DNA of 64,000 bases from an uncultured Rhizobium sp. (GCA_964408945.1 CAYPBJ010000003.1:58623-122622), one strand, 5' to 3'; positions 39,142-49,078 are shown, numbered from the stretch's first letter. Made by a program: numbers and translations. The notes: generated from the letters alone by a model not told the origin.

Positions 39142-41346
39142 TTATGGCTTCACTAAATTAACCGCGGCAGTTGAACCATCTTTAGAACGAATCAACAGCA
39201 AATAATTTCCGGCCGACCAATTCTTTCCATCAATCGAAATATTTGAAGCTGTTGTATTGCTTTGATAAACAGTGCGCTCAAAATAGTCAATTACATATAT
39301 ATCCACATTTTTACCTTTGAAACCTTTCAAATCAACTTGAAATTGATCAACCACAGGATTTGGATAAACGTTAATAATTACCTCTGGGGTTAATACTTTA
39401 GATTGTTTTGCAGGCTGACATAAATCACCAGTAGGCACGTGTGTCATATCTGAAAACTTCACATAACATGCCCATTCAGGATAATCGACAAACGGGTTTC
39501 TATTTCCTTGAACCGAAGCCTGAGCAATATACTCTTGACGGGCAATCTCCCATTTTGTTGGTGGGAATTGTTGGTTCCAGCGCTTTAAAACGAATTCATC
39601 TTGCAATTCATAAATGAATTGATTGCTGGTTGGCAAAGTGAAAGGGGTTGCTGAACTATGATATGCCACACACTGATATAAATTCGCCCGGGCAGCTGAA
39701 CCTTTGGCAAAGTCGCGTGGTTCGTAAGCGAAATTACCCGAACTGTCTTTACCGTATTTTCCAGCAACAAAAGTAGAAGTTACATCTTTTAAATTGTTCA
39801 AAGGATAATTTGACCTTACTGCGTTTGCTTCAGTTTGATGAACCGTTCTCAGCATATGAAGGTCGCTGTAGTGCGGACCATCTTGGTTTGAAGTTCCCAT
39901 ATAACTAAAAGGGTAACAGTGTTCTCTTGACATCACAGCGTGTGAGAATGGAGGAGTATATACGTAATTGTATCCTGTGTAAAAACAATCTACCACTCTT
40001 TTACCATTGGTAGTATCGCGAGCTTCGAAATTATCAACTACAGTTGATGAATAATTACTGTAATATACTTGCCTGTGATTCTTCAAAAGGGTTTGCAAAT
40101 CTGATAAGAAGGTAGAAGCTTTAGGATCTATACCATCGTAATAATTCGCAATCTGCAATCCAGGAGTCGTAACTTTTGAAGAAACTGCTTTACTTTGGTT
40201 ATAATTTGTGAAAGAGCCATAGCCATTATAACCATAAATAGTAACCATGTATTCAGTGTTGGCCACAATATTATCAATATCAATATTCGCAATTTGATTG
40301 TTGTTTGAAACAATGCGAGAGTTACCCAAATAAGATCCCACATCATAGAATTGCCCATCTTCTGGAGTACTAGAAGGGGTTCCTTCTTTAGTAACCATAA
40401 CCAAATATTGTTCTGCATCACTCTTGTTGAAAGAAGCTGCAATTCTGAATGCTTTAGTATCTACTGATAGGTTCGAAACCCCATTTAATGGTTCTGTAGA
40501 AGTCTTACCTTTAATGGTTTGTACTGTTAAATCAAAAGTATCAATATCTGGATCGTTTGAAGCAATATGCAAAGTAGCTTCATGTGTACCATTACTTGTT
40601 GCTATTAAATGCACCAATAATGTGGTAGACTCAAGTGGTTTGATTGTGATTGGCGCTGAACTCTGTAACTCAAAACTAGAAGCTTGAGTTCCTGAAAGTC
40701 TTAAATCAGAAATCACCAAATCTTCCATTTTACTGTTATTTGCAACATTTAAACTAATCAAAGTATCGTTTCCGGTTTGTACCTTTCCACCATCTATCTG
40801 CAATTGATTGCTGTAAGAAACCTTGATTTCAGGTGTGATTCCTGCAGGAGCAGGAAATACTTCAAAATTATCTATGGCTAAGTTGTAATTTGAGGCTTTA
40901 GTCTTGTAAAATATTCTAAAGTATCTTGCTTTTGAACTAACACGAACCATATGTTTGGTAGCATTATTTTCAACATTGTCGATATACTCTTTCACGTTAG
41001 TCCAATTCGTACCATCAATACTCTCATCACAAGTGAGAGTGCCTTTCCATCCAGGGTATGTTGGTGGATTGTTTGTTCCAGCTAAGTAAAAAGTAATGGT
41101 ATCGGCTTTGCCTGACCAATGAGCCATCACATATTCTCCATTATAATCTAATCTGCAAGCATTGGGAGTACTGTATACCAAATTTGAACTTGTATATACG
41201 GTTTTCCCACCAGCCGGACCTAAATCAGCTGAAAATCCAGTAGGAGTAGTAGCGGCATCAAAATCCCATTTCATGGGTAATGTGCCTTGTGCATTCACAT
41301 TCAGAGCGAAATACCCTAAGAAAGCGATGATTATATTTTTTTTCAT
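39142..41346 (-). CDS. T9SS-secreted extracellular nuclease with an endonuclease I family (EndA/NucM, PF04231-like) catalytic domain
   Basis: Signal peptide MKKNIIIAFLGYFALNVNAQ. A beta-rich N-terminal region of about 400 aa. An endonuclease I block (…REHCYPFS…NRNPFVDYPEW…). A C-terminal T9SS type-A sorting domain (…VYPNPVVDQFQVDL…GNYLLLIRS…). Confidence 0.75.
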   Translation of the reverse strand: MKKNIIIAFLGYFALNVNAQGTLPMKWDFDAATTPTGFSADLGPAGGKTVYTSSNLVYSTPNACRLDYNGEYVMAHWSGKADTITFYLAGTNNPPTYPGWKGTLTCDESIDGTNWTNVKEYIDNVENNATKHMVRVSSKARYFRIFYKTKASNYNLAIDNFEVFPAPAGITPEIKVSYSNQLQIDGGKVQTGNDTLISLNVANNSKMEDLVISDLRLSGTQASSFELQSSAPITIKPLESTTLLVHLIATSNGTHEATLHIASNDPDIDTFDLTVQTIKGKTSTEPLNGVSNLSVDTKAFRIAASFNKSDAEQYLVMVTKEGTPSSTPEDGQFYDVGSYLGNSRIVSNNNQIANIDIDNIVANTEYMVTIYGYNGYGSFTNYNQSKAVSSKVTTPGLQIANYYDGIDPKASTFLSDLQTLLKNHRQVYYSNYSSTVVDNFEARDTTNGKRVVDCFYTGYNYVYTPPFSHAVMSREHCYPFSYMGTSNQDGPHYSDLHMLRTVHQTEANAVRSNYPLNNLKDVTSTFVAGKYGKDSSGNFAYEPRDFAKGSAARANLYQCVAYHSSATPFTLPTSNQFIYELQDEFVLKRWNQQFPPTKWEIARQEYIAQASVQGNRNPFVDYPEWACYVKFSDMTHVPTGDLCQPAKQSKVLTPEVIINVYPNPVVDQFQVDLKGFKGKNVDIYVIDYFERTVYQSNTTASNISIDGKNWSAGNYLLLIRSKDGSTAAVNLVKP

Positions 41347-41356
41347 ATTTTTTTAA

Positions 41357-44068
41357 TTAAAACGATACCCTGATACCTGTGGTGTATCTTAAACCTTGAG
41401 AAACGAATACCTCCAAATTACGGGGATTGAAGACATTTCGTGCTGCCGATGGATCAGCAATATCAGCCGCTGTACTTCTATGTTGTGCATCACTGATATA
41501 AAGGTTGTTGGTCATATTGGAAATGTTAAAGTACAAGCGAACTTTAACGCTGTTTTTCAAATCGAACGCATAACCGCCGTTAAAATTCATATACCAATAA
41601 TTGGGAATCTTAAACGACTCTTTTCCAGCCATATCACCTCGCAACGCTATGGGTTCAAAATCTGCAAAGTGCTTTCCGAAATATACATACTGGAGCGAAA
41701 AGAACGCACCTTTTAAATAGGTAGGTTCCCATCTTATCAAACCAGCAACCTGATTTTGTGCCGCATCACCAACGTGAACTCCTGTTGCGTCAAAGTTAAA
41801 TTGACCTATTGAATCTCCTGCATCATTTCTAACTGTTGCATTGCTTCCCGATCTCCAAATCCAATCACCTGCCGCCAACGAAAACTCCAAAGTAATCCCA
41901 TCGCCTGCTTTGATAGCTGCCTGTAATTCAGCACCCATGTGACGAGCTTTCAATCCATTGATGTTGTATGTCAATGGATTATCATCAGCATCTCTAAAGG
42001 TGGGTTGAAAATCAACCGGGCGATTTTCCCAAAGCGTGTAATAAGCATTTAGGTTCAAAGCAACACGCTTGTTTTTGTATCCAGCTCCACCTTCTAAGGC
42101 ATAAACTAATTCATTTTTAGCGTCTTGAATTTGAGTGTTGCGGTTGTCAAACACGTTATTAAAGCGAGTGGGGCGATTTAAATAACCTAGGTTCACAAAC
42201 GTGTTGAATTTTCGGGTAAAATTGTAGTTTGCACCTGTCTTTAAGGTATAACCTGAGAAGTTCACCCAAGGTGTTTTTTGAGCATTTCCGGAAGAATCTT
42301 TTTTAAAGTAATCAACCCTCTGATAAGCAGTTTGACTTCCGCTCACATTGAAAAACGCTGACAATTGATTCTTCGTGTATTCAGCCTCCAAATAGGCACC
42401 TGCCCATCGAACTAATCCATCGTTGTGATAATTGAAAATATCGCCTTTTTTATAAAGATGATTCTTGTCGTAATTAGGGTTCAGCTCATTGGCATCAGGT
42501 ATAAAATAGTCTCCGCCAATTAAGTCATAAACCTCTCTGTAATGTTCAGCTCTGTATGTTCTCAAATCAATCCCTCCAGTCAAGTTGGTACGTTTGGTAA
42601 TCTTGTACTGAGTGGTGTTCAATAACCCATACCAACGGTGATTGTTCACCCCTCTCAATAAAATACCTGATGATTTTCTCAAATCGTTTGAGTATTTAGG
42701 GTCATAAGCAGATGTAAATCCAAGATCTATGTTCTGTTCGTAAACCGATTGAAAATTATAATTTCCATAAGGGTTTGGGGCTTGTTTGATTCGTTCACCA
42801 GCCGTTCCGCCTCCGTTGCCTTGTGACATGTAAACTATAGTATTTGAGAACCATTTGGAGTTGGGTTTATAATCATACTTTAGATACACTTGGGGTTTAT
42901 GAAACTGATTAACCCGTTCATTCACTCTAAATTGGTTTCCAGAATATTCCAATTGACCGTTGTTTTGATTCAAAGTCACACCGGTATCTAAATATCCCCA
43001 ATGTTGATTGTACTTTCTGCCTTGGTTGATGGGCATACCCCCAACCACTGTATCCATTCCCAATTGCCTAGCCAATCCATCATCATATAGGCTCAATCTC
43101 GCTTTGAAGGAACGCTGACCATGCGACTGTGGAGCACCTATAGCCGTAAAAGAAAGTGAATGTTTTTTACCCCATTCTTTTTCTACCTTAATGAAATAAG
43201 CATACATATCATCAAATAGGCCATCTACGTATCCAGTTGAAGATCGTTTAGTCAATGAAGCAACAATTCCCCAATCACCTTTTAATCTGCCGCTGCTGTA
43301 GTCTAAACTGAATTTTTGATATTTTGAATCTCCTACTTCAACATTCGCAGCAATAGATGAATTTCGGGTTATACCTTTGGTAATGATGTTCATGGTACCT
43401 CCCACTGCGGGATTTGCAATTCTGCTGCTTCCCAATCCACGTTGAACCTGAGTAAGCGCAGTTACACCGCTAAGACCAAACCAATTGCTCCAATAAACCC
43501 AACCGTTTTCCATGTCATTTACAGGAATACCGTCTATCATCACTGCGATATTTCTTTGGCTAAATCCGCGAATAGTAATACGAGCATCTCCAGATCCACC
43601 GCCTTGTTGTGTTGCGTAAACACCAGGAGTATTATTCAACAACATAGGCATATCGGCACTTCCCAATCGCTCACTGATTTCCTTACCACTTAAATTGCTG
43701 TAGGCTATTGGAGTTTTGCGATCTTTGGCTACTGAAGCCACGATTTGAACAGCTTGAATGCTAGCACTTAAATTCTCCAGAGCAAAATTTACATCTGTGA
43801 TTAAATTTCTGTCAGCTTGGATATAAATGGTATCAGGATTGTAACCTTCTAACGAAGCAACAATTTGATACTCACCCATGGGTAAACTCAAAGTGTAAGT
43901 TCCATTTTTTGAAACTTGCGCACTGACTGACTTTGCTTTCACAACAGCCCCTTCCAGAAGTTCGCCAGATAATTCGTCTACAACACGGCCTTTAATAACC
44001 GATTGGGCATCAATGTTTGAAAAAACAATAAATCCAAAGGAAACCAGAAGAAGCCTTTTGAAAAGCAT
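41357..44068 (-). CDS. TonB-dependent outer-membrane receptor (CarboxypepD_reg N-domain + plug + beta-barrel)
   Basis: Signal peptide, a CarboxypepD_reg-like domain (VIKGRVVDELSGELLEGAVV), a plug with a TonB-box region, and a C-terminal aromatic-ending barrel (…TGIRVSF). Confidence 0.88.
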   Translation of the reverse strand: MLFKRLLLVSFGFIVFSNIDAQSVIKGRVVDELSGELLEGAVVKAKSVSAQVSKNGTYTLSLPMGEYQIVASLEGYNPDTIYIQADRNLITDVNFALENLSASIQAVQIVASVAKDRKTPIAYSNLSGKEISERLGSADMPMLLNNTPGVYATQQGGGSGDARITIRGFSQRNIAVMIDGIPVNDMENGWVYWSNWFGLSGVTALTQVQRGLGSSRIANPAVGGTMNIITKGITRNSSIAANVEVGDSKYQKFSLDYSSGRLKGDWGIVASLTKRSSTGYVDGLFDDMYAYFIKVEKEWGKKHSLSFTAIGAPQSHGQRSFKARLSLYDDGLARQLGMDTVVGGMPINQGRKYNQHWGYLDTGVTLNQNNGQLEYSGNQFRVNERVNQFHKPQVYLKYDYKPNSKWFSNTIVYMSQGNGGGTAGERIKQAPNPYGNYNFQSVYEQNIDLGFTSAYDPKYSNDLRKSSGILLRGVNNHRWYGLLNTTQYKITKRTNLTGGIDLRTYRAEHYREVYDLIGGDYFIPDANELNPNYDKNHLYKKGDIFNYHNDGLVRWAGAYLEAEYTKNQLSAFFNVSGSQTAYQRVDYFKKDSSGNAQKTPWVNFSGYTLKTGANYNFTRKFNTFVNLGYLNRPTRFNNVFDNRNTQIQDAKNELVYALEGGAGYKNKRVALNLNAYYTLWENRPVDFQPTFRDADDNPLTYNINGLKARHMGAELQAAIKAGDGITLEFSLAAGDWIWRSGSNATVRNDAGDSIGQFNFDATGVHVGDAAQNQVAGLIRWEPTYLKGAFFSLQYVYFGKHFADFEPIALRGDMAGKESFKIPNYWYMNFNGGYAFDLKNSVKVRLYFNISNMTNNLYISDAQHRSTAADIADPSAARNVFNPRNLEVFVSQGLRYTTGIRVSF

Positions 44069-44074
44069 TAAGGA

Positions 44075-45067
44075 TTAATTTTTAATGAATCTTTCTTGAG
44101 TGATTTGACCATTTTTCAACGTCAAATTCAACAAGTACATGCCAGAAATCAAATTCTTGGTATCGATGGCTCCTTTGAAAGTTCCTTCAGTAATTAATTG
44201 TCCAAAAGAATTTAAAACTGCAAAGTGCTCAACTTCAAACGTTGTTTCAAGGTAAATCTGACCGTCAACAGGATTAGGATATACTTTCACCGTTGGAACG
44301 ATGGAAATTTTTTCAGCGCTGAGTGTTTTACAACCCGACTCGTGAACTCCCAGAGAATCAAACATATCGCGTGGATGCATATCCCACTCAGCGGAAGGAT
44401 CAAAATATTGTGGATTCCAAGCTTGCGGAGCCATCGCGGTCAACCCCCTCTTAATTGGAGCTAAGGTGTCACAACCTGTTAAAACTTGGTATTTTCTAAT
44501 CAACGTTCTGTTAGCAGTATACCAAGTTCCAAGACCAGTGCTGTAGGGGAATGAATCGCTCCAACCAACTGCAGCCGGTCTTTCGCCAATTTTACCCATG
44601 ATATCAACCAACAACCAAGTGCTATATTGTTCGTTGTATTTGTCTAAAGACATTGCGTCATCACCATTGAAAGACATAGAATAAGAAGTGTTGTAATCTT
44701 TGCTCAAAAACAAGTCAGCTTTTAAACGCAAAGACTCTACTACGGGAGTATCTTGACCTGTTTGAGTGGTGTCTCTTCTGTCAAGTACCAATACAAATGC
44801 ATCATGGGGTTGGATGGTTCCAGACAAAACATCGCTATATTGTTTGTCCCAAGTTGCAGAACCATTCTGCCAACGAGTTAAACGGTATTGTGATAAATCG
44901 ATGGCCTGATTGGTTGGATTGTAAATCTCAATAGCTTTATTGTTTCTTGATCCCTCAATGTACTCGCTCATGAACAGCTCTTGACAAGGAAAAACTCCTT
45001 GAGCTTTTAAAGCTCCATTGAAAATTTGAAATGCAGAAATTGCCGAAAACAAGATTAATTTTCTCAT
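44075..45067 (-). CDS. T9SS-secreted lamin-tail-domain (LTD) protein
   Basis: Signal peptide; LTD signature LFMSEYIEGSRNNKAIEIYNPTNQAIDL; C-terminal T9SS sorting domain (…KVYPNPVDGQIYLE…GMYLLNLTLKNG…). Confidence 0.75.
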   Translation of the reverse strand: MRKLILFSAISAFQIFNGALKAQGVFPCQELFMSEYIEGSRNNKAIEIYNPTNQAIDLSQYRLTRWQNGSATWDKQYSDVLSGTIQPHDAFVLVLDRRDTTQTGQDTPVVESLRLKADLFLSKDYNTSYSMSFNGDDAMSLDKYNEQYSTWLLVDIMGKIGERPAAVGWSDSFPYSTGLGTWYTANRTLIRKYQVLTGCDTLAPIKRGLTAMAPQAWNPQYFDPSAEWDMHPRDMFDSLGVHESGCKTLSAEKISIVPTVKVYPNPVDGQIYLETTFEVEHFAVLNSFGQLITEGTFKGAIDTKNLISGMYLLNLTLKNGQITQERFIKN

Positions 45068-45150
45068 AATTATTTACAAATTTCCCAAAAAATATCCGCA
45101 CCTCAAACAAAATGAACTTATTTTACAGCAGGTTAACAAAATTTAACCCC

Positions 45151-45942
45151 ATGCTCAAACGAAATATTCCATTTTTAACCGTTTTTATTTTCTTTTTCTG
45201 GGGATGTTCGGTCGTTAAATTTTCTCCAAAATCATCTGAATATTTGCCAGTAAAGCAAAATACGGTTGCCGATTCATCTACGGTTTTATGGCTCTCAAAA
45301 TACAAAGATTCTGTAGAACAGATAATGAATGTATTGGTTGCAAAAACAAGTTCAGATCTACTCAACATCAGATATAAGGGTAAAATTGATAAAGACCGTT
45401 CAGCAGAAGCCAATTTAGCCAGAGTTTGTGCAGATTTCATGCATCAAGCAGCTCAAAATTGGGCATCAAATCAAAATTTGACCAAAGTAGATTTCACCAT
45501 TTCTAATTATGGTGGATTCCGAGTTTCTCTATTTACTGGTAACATTACCCTTGGTCAATTGTATGAACTTTCACCTTTTGACAATGAAATTGTTATAGTT
45601 CAATTGAACGGCTTACAAATGGATACCCTAATGAATCAAATCGCGGAAAAAGGGGGATGTCCAATATCGAATGCCCAAATTACACTTAGCAATGATCAGT
45701 GGTTAAAAGCCTCCATTAATGGTAATCCTTACGATAGCCGAAAAAACTATTGGGTAGCAACCAATGATTTCATGCAACAAGGTGGCGACGGATTTACCGC
45801 GCTTAAATATCCTCAGAAAAAAATTCAAACAGGAATCTTAGTACGAGAAGCTCTTATCAGTGGATTCTCACTAGAGTTTAAAGAAACAGGTGACATCAAC
45901 CCAAGAAAAGAAGACCGTTTCATTTTCACTGAAAACCAATAA
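45151..45942 (+). CDS. 5'-nucleotidase C-terminal (substrate-binding) domain lipoprotein
   Basis: Lipobox MLKRNIPFLTVFIFFFWGCS; 5_nucleotid_C motifs (…NDFMQQGGDGFTALK…). The ATG at 45151 is preferred. Confidence 0.75.
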   Translation: MLKRNIPFLTVFIFFFWGCSVVKFSPKSSEYLPVKQNTVADSSTVLWLSKYKDSVEQIMNVLVAKTSSDLLNIRYKGKIDKDRSAEANLARVCADFMHQAAQNWASNQNLTKVDFTISNYGGFRVSLFTGNITLGQLYELSPFDNEIVIVQLNGLQMDTLMNQIAEKGGCPISNAQITLSNDQWLKASINGNPYDSRKNYWVATNDFMQQGGDGFTALKYPQKKIQTGILVREALISGFSLEFKETGDINPRKEDRFIFTENQ

Positions 45943-45944
45943 CT

Positions 45945-46808
45945 ATGAATAGGAAAAAATTCATTCAGCTTTCATCTACATTGGTTGCGGGAAGCATACT
46001 CAATGCTCATGATTTGACGGCTACAGGTTTATTTGGAAAACAAGAGTTGGTGATTTTACATACTAATGATTTTCACAGCCGATTTGAACCTTTCCCGAGT
46101 TCTCACAAACTCTGGGGTGATAAAGGAGGAATTTCTCGATTGAAAACCTTAATTGACCAATACAGAAGCCAATATAAACACATTCTTCTCCTTGACAGCG
46201 GTGACGTTTGGCAAGGAACGCCGTATTTTAATGTATTCAAAGGACATCCTGAACTGGAATGGATGAAGAATGTCAATTACCAAGCCACTACCATCGGTAA
46301 TCACGACTTTGACTTGGGCATTGACCACCTCTGCGAACTGCGAAAAAAATACCAAACACCCACCGTTTTGTGCAATTACCAAATCAATCACCCAGGTTTT
46401 AAAGAGATCATTCAACCTTATAAGATCATTGAAACAGGTAAATTTAAAGTGGGTATTACGGGAGTAGCTATTGATTTTGAAGATTTACTCCCTCAAAAAT
46501 CATACGAAGGAATTATTTATCAAGATCCAGTTGAGCCGCTCCAAATGATTGTGAATGAATTAAGAAACAAACACAAATGTGATTTGGTCATTGTACTTTC
46601 TCATTTAGGATATCACTATGAATCCGATAAAATAGATGACCTCAAATTAGCCCAAAAAACCGAGGGAATTGACGCCATTTTGGGCGGACACACTCACACA
46701 TTTTTGGAGGAGCCCATTATAATTAAGAATAAAACAGGTAAAAATACCGTCGTAAATCAAGCAGGCTGGGCAGGCTTGCGTTTGGGCAAACTCCATTTTC
46801 AGATATAA
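45945..46808 (+). CDS. calcineurin-like metallophosphoesterase (5'-nucleotidase/UDP-sugar hydrolase N-terminal catalytic domain)
   Basis: Metallophosphatase motifs: …ILHTNDFHSR…, …LDSGDVWQGT…, …GNHDFD…, …GGHTH…. Confidence 0.8.
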   Translation: MNRKKFIQLSSTLVAGSILNAHDLTATGLFGKQELVILHTNDFHSRFEPFPSSHKLWGDKGGISRLKTLIDQYRSQYKHILLLDSGDVWQGTPYFNVFKGHPELEWMKNVNYQATTIGNHDFDLGIDHLCELRKKYQTPTVLCNYQINHPGFKEIIQPYKIIETGKFKVGITGVAIDFEDLLPQKSYEGIIYQDPVEPLQMIVNELRNKHKCDLVIVLSHLGYHYESDKIDDLKLAQKTEGIDAILGGHTHTFLEEPIIIKNKTGKNTVVNQAGWAGLRLGKLHFQI

Positions 46809-46815
46809 TTATTAA

Positions 46816-47838
46816 ATGAATAATCAGCAAATTACAGATACCGAAGATCCCGAAGCCCTTTTTGAGCATTTTGCATTTACTGTAGATCCAGGCCAAGAGC
46901 CTATGAGAATTGACCGTTGGTTGATGCATCGAATTGCGCATGCATCGCGAACCAAAATTCAAGCCGCCATTGATGCAGGAAGCGTTTTGGTCAATGAAAA
47001 ATCAACCAAAAGTAACTATAAGGTAAAACCCAAAGATCATATTCGAATTTTACTTCCCGAAGAACCGAGAGACACCGAAGTTTACCCCGAAAACATACCT
47101 CTTAATGTGGTTTACGAAGATGACGATATTGCCATAATCAACAAACCCGCCGGAATGGTGGTTCATCCTGGTGCGGGAAATCCCTCAGGCACTTTGGTCA
47201 ATGCATTGGTTTATTATTTCGGACAATTACCCGTAAAAGCCGAAAACCACCGCCCAGGCTTGGTGCATAGAATTGATAAAGATACTTCTGGATTGTTGGT
47301 CATTGGCAAGAATGAATTTGCATTGAGCTTTTTAGGAAAACAATTTTTTGATCACAGCATTCATCGGAAATATTGGGCTTTAGTTTGGGGAGATTTAGAA
47401 AAAGATGCAGGCACCATAAAAGGCTATCTTGCACGTGACCCAAAAGACCGCAGAAAATCTAAACACTATGACAACCCAGAAGACGGCAAAATTGCCATTA
47501 CCCATTATAAAGTAATTCAGCGATACCATTATTTAACATTGGTAGAATGCACATTAGAAACGGGCAGAACCCATCAAATAAGGGCTCATTTTTCATCAAT
47601 TGGGCATCCCCTATTCAGCGACGAAATGTATGGCGGTTCTACTGTCATAAAAGGAGCAGGCATTCCGAAATTCAATAGATTCATTTCCCAGCAGATGCAA
47701 TTAATGCCAAGGCAAGCCCTGCATGCAAAAGAATTGGGTTTTATTCATCCAACCACCAAAGCAGAATTATTCTTGGAAAGCGAATTAGCCTCAGACTTTC
47801 AGAATCTCTTAACAGAATTATCAAATTTCTTTAATTGA
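46816..47838 (+). CDS. rluD: RluA-family 23S rRNA pseudouridine synthase (RluD-like)
   Basis: N-terminal S4 domain; catalytic HRIDKDTSGLLV. Confidence 0.88.
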   Translation: MNNQQITDTEDPEALFEHFAFTVDPGQEPMRIDRWLMHRIAHASRTKIQAAIDAGSVLVNEKSTKSNYKVKPKDHIRILLPEEPRDTEVYPENIPLNVVYEDDDIAIINKPAGMVVHPGAGNPSGTLVNALVYYFGQLPVKAENHRPGLVHRIDKDTSGLLVIGKNEFALSFLGKQFFDHSIHRKYWALVWGDLEKDAGTIKGYLARDPKDRRKSKHYDNPEDGKIAITHYKVIQRYHYLTLVECTLETGRTHQIRAHFSSIGHPLFSDEMYGGSTVIKGAGIPKFNRFISQQMQLMPRQALHAKELGFIHPTTKAELFLESELASDFQNLLTELSNFFN

Positions 47839-47886
47839 GGTTTATAACTTTACCCTGACCAAAGAAAGAGAATATATTTCCAATGA

Positions 47887-47917
47887 AAAAAGGGGCTTTG
47901 AGGCCCCTTTTTTTATA
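47887..47917. terminator. bidirectional rho-independent terminator between convergent rluD and the oxidoreductase gene
   Basis: AAAAAAGGGGCTTTGAGGCCCCTTTTTTT: a GC stem flanked by an A-run and a T-run. Confidence 0.75.
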
Positions 47918-47973
47918 TGCTGCCTGATTTAAAACCAGACAGAGAATGGAAAATACGAGTAATAAAACTGCTA

Positions 47974-49050
47974 TTACTCGTATTTTAGTTCAATCTTATT
48001 GCTTCTAGGTAATGCTTGGCAAGTTAAAACAAATCCTTGTTCTATTTCCTTGTCTGACAATCCTTCTCTTTCCAACATATGCAAACTACCCAATTTAACC
48101 TTGGCTCTGCAAGTAGTACATACACCTACTGTACAGCTGTATGGAGGGTCAATACCCTGCTTCATTGCTGCATTCAAAATGGTTGTATCTTTATCACAAG
48201 TGATGGTATGCGTTTTCCCGTAAACTTCTATTGTTACCTCAGCTTTTCCAGTGAAAGTGGAATCAGCCACAGTTTCTTCTACTTGTTCTGTTTTGGACGT
48301 TGGAGCTGAGAAATACTCTATATTGATTTTATCTGAAGGCACTGAAATTCCTAACAAGCCAGACTTAATGACTTCCATCATAGGACCTGGTCCGCAGATA
48401 AAATAGTGGTATTGATCAAATGAACCTCCTATCTTGCTTTTGACAATATTTTGAACCTTGTCTTGTGTCATTTGTCCCTTCAATCCAAACCAAGTCAATG
48501 GCGCTTTATCATAACTCAATAACACTTGGAAACGACCGCTAAACTGTGCTTCCATTTCCTTTAACAACGGTTTAAAAATCACTGATTCTGGATCGCGATT
48601 AGCATATACCAAACTCACCTTGCTTTTGGGTTCGTCATTCAAGATGGCCTTTGCAATACCCAGAACCGGGGTAATTCCGCTACCGCCAGCAAACAAAACA
48701 AAATTGCGCGAAGCATCAGCAGATGGAACTACAGTAAATTTACCCATGGGAGGCATTACGTTCATCACGTCGCCTACTTTTACTGCAGAGTTAAAATAAT
48801 TACTCATTTTACCGCCGTCTACTCGCTTAACGGTCACTGCTGGCATTGCATCAACACCAGAATAAGTGCACAAAGAATAACTTCTGCGTACCTTTTCACC
48901 GTTAACCTCAGCTTCAAACGTTAAATATTGACCTGCTGTATATGAAAAGGTTTCTTTCAATTCAGCAGGTACATCAAAATGAAAAGTAGTTGCATCTGAA
49001 GTTTCAGCAACAACTTTCGCAACTTTTAATTGATAAAATCCTTCGCTCAT
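47974..49050 (-). CDS. ferredoxin-NADP reductase-like oxidoreductase (FAD/NAD-binding domain plus C-terminal plant-type 2Fe-2S ferredoxin; PaaE/Fdr-like)
   Basis: RxYS FAD motif (RRSYSLC), an NAD(P) fold GGSGITP, and a C-terminal C…CTVGVCTTCRAKV cluster. Confidence 0.75.
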   Translation of the reverse strand: MSEGFYQLKVAKVVAETSDATTFHFDVPAELKETFSYTAGQYLTFEAEVNGEKVRRSYSLCTYSGVDAMPAVTVKRVDGGKMSNYFNSAVKVGDVMNVMPPMGKFTVVPSADASRNFVLFAGGSGITPVLGIAKAILNDEPKSKVSLVYANRDPESVIFKPLLKEMEAQFSGRFQVLLSYDKAPLTWFGLKGQMTQDKVQNIVKSKIGGSFDQYHYFICGPGPMMEVIKSGLLGISVPSDKINIEYFSAPTSKTEQVEETVADSTFTGKAEVTIEVYGKTHTITCDKDTTILNAAMKQGIDPPYSCTVGVCTTCRAKVKLGSLHMLEREGLSDKEIEQGFVLTCQALPRSNKIELKYE

Positions 49051-49078
49051 TATTTTACAAAATTACTGTCTTTAAAGT

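Noticed and set aside
47941-48060. Apparent frame inconsistency around 47.97-48.06 kb (and again near 14.62 kb) when mapping ORF-track coordinates onto the displayed sequence.
   Set aside because: A displayed line has 59 characters and codon checks show a 1-nt register drift. This is a formatting issue in the sequence display, not a biological frameshift, because the ORF-track translations are continuous and conserved.
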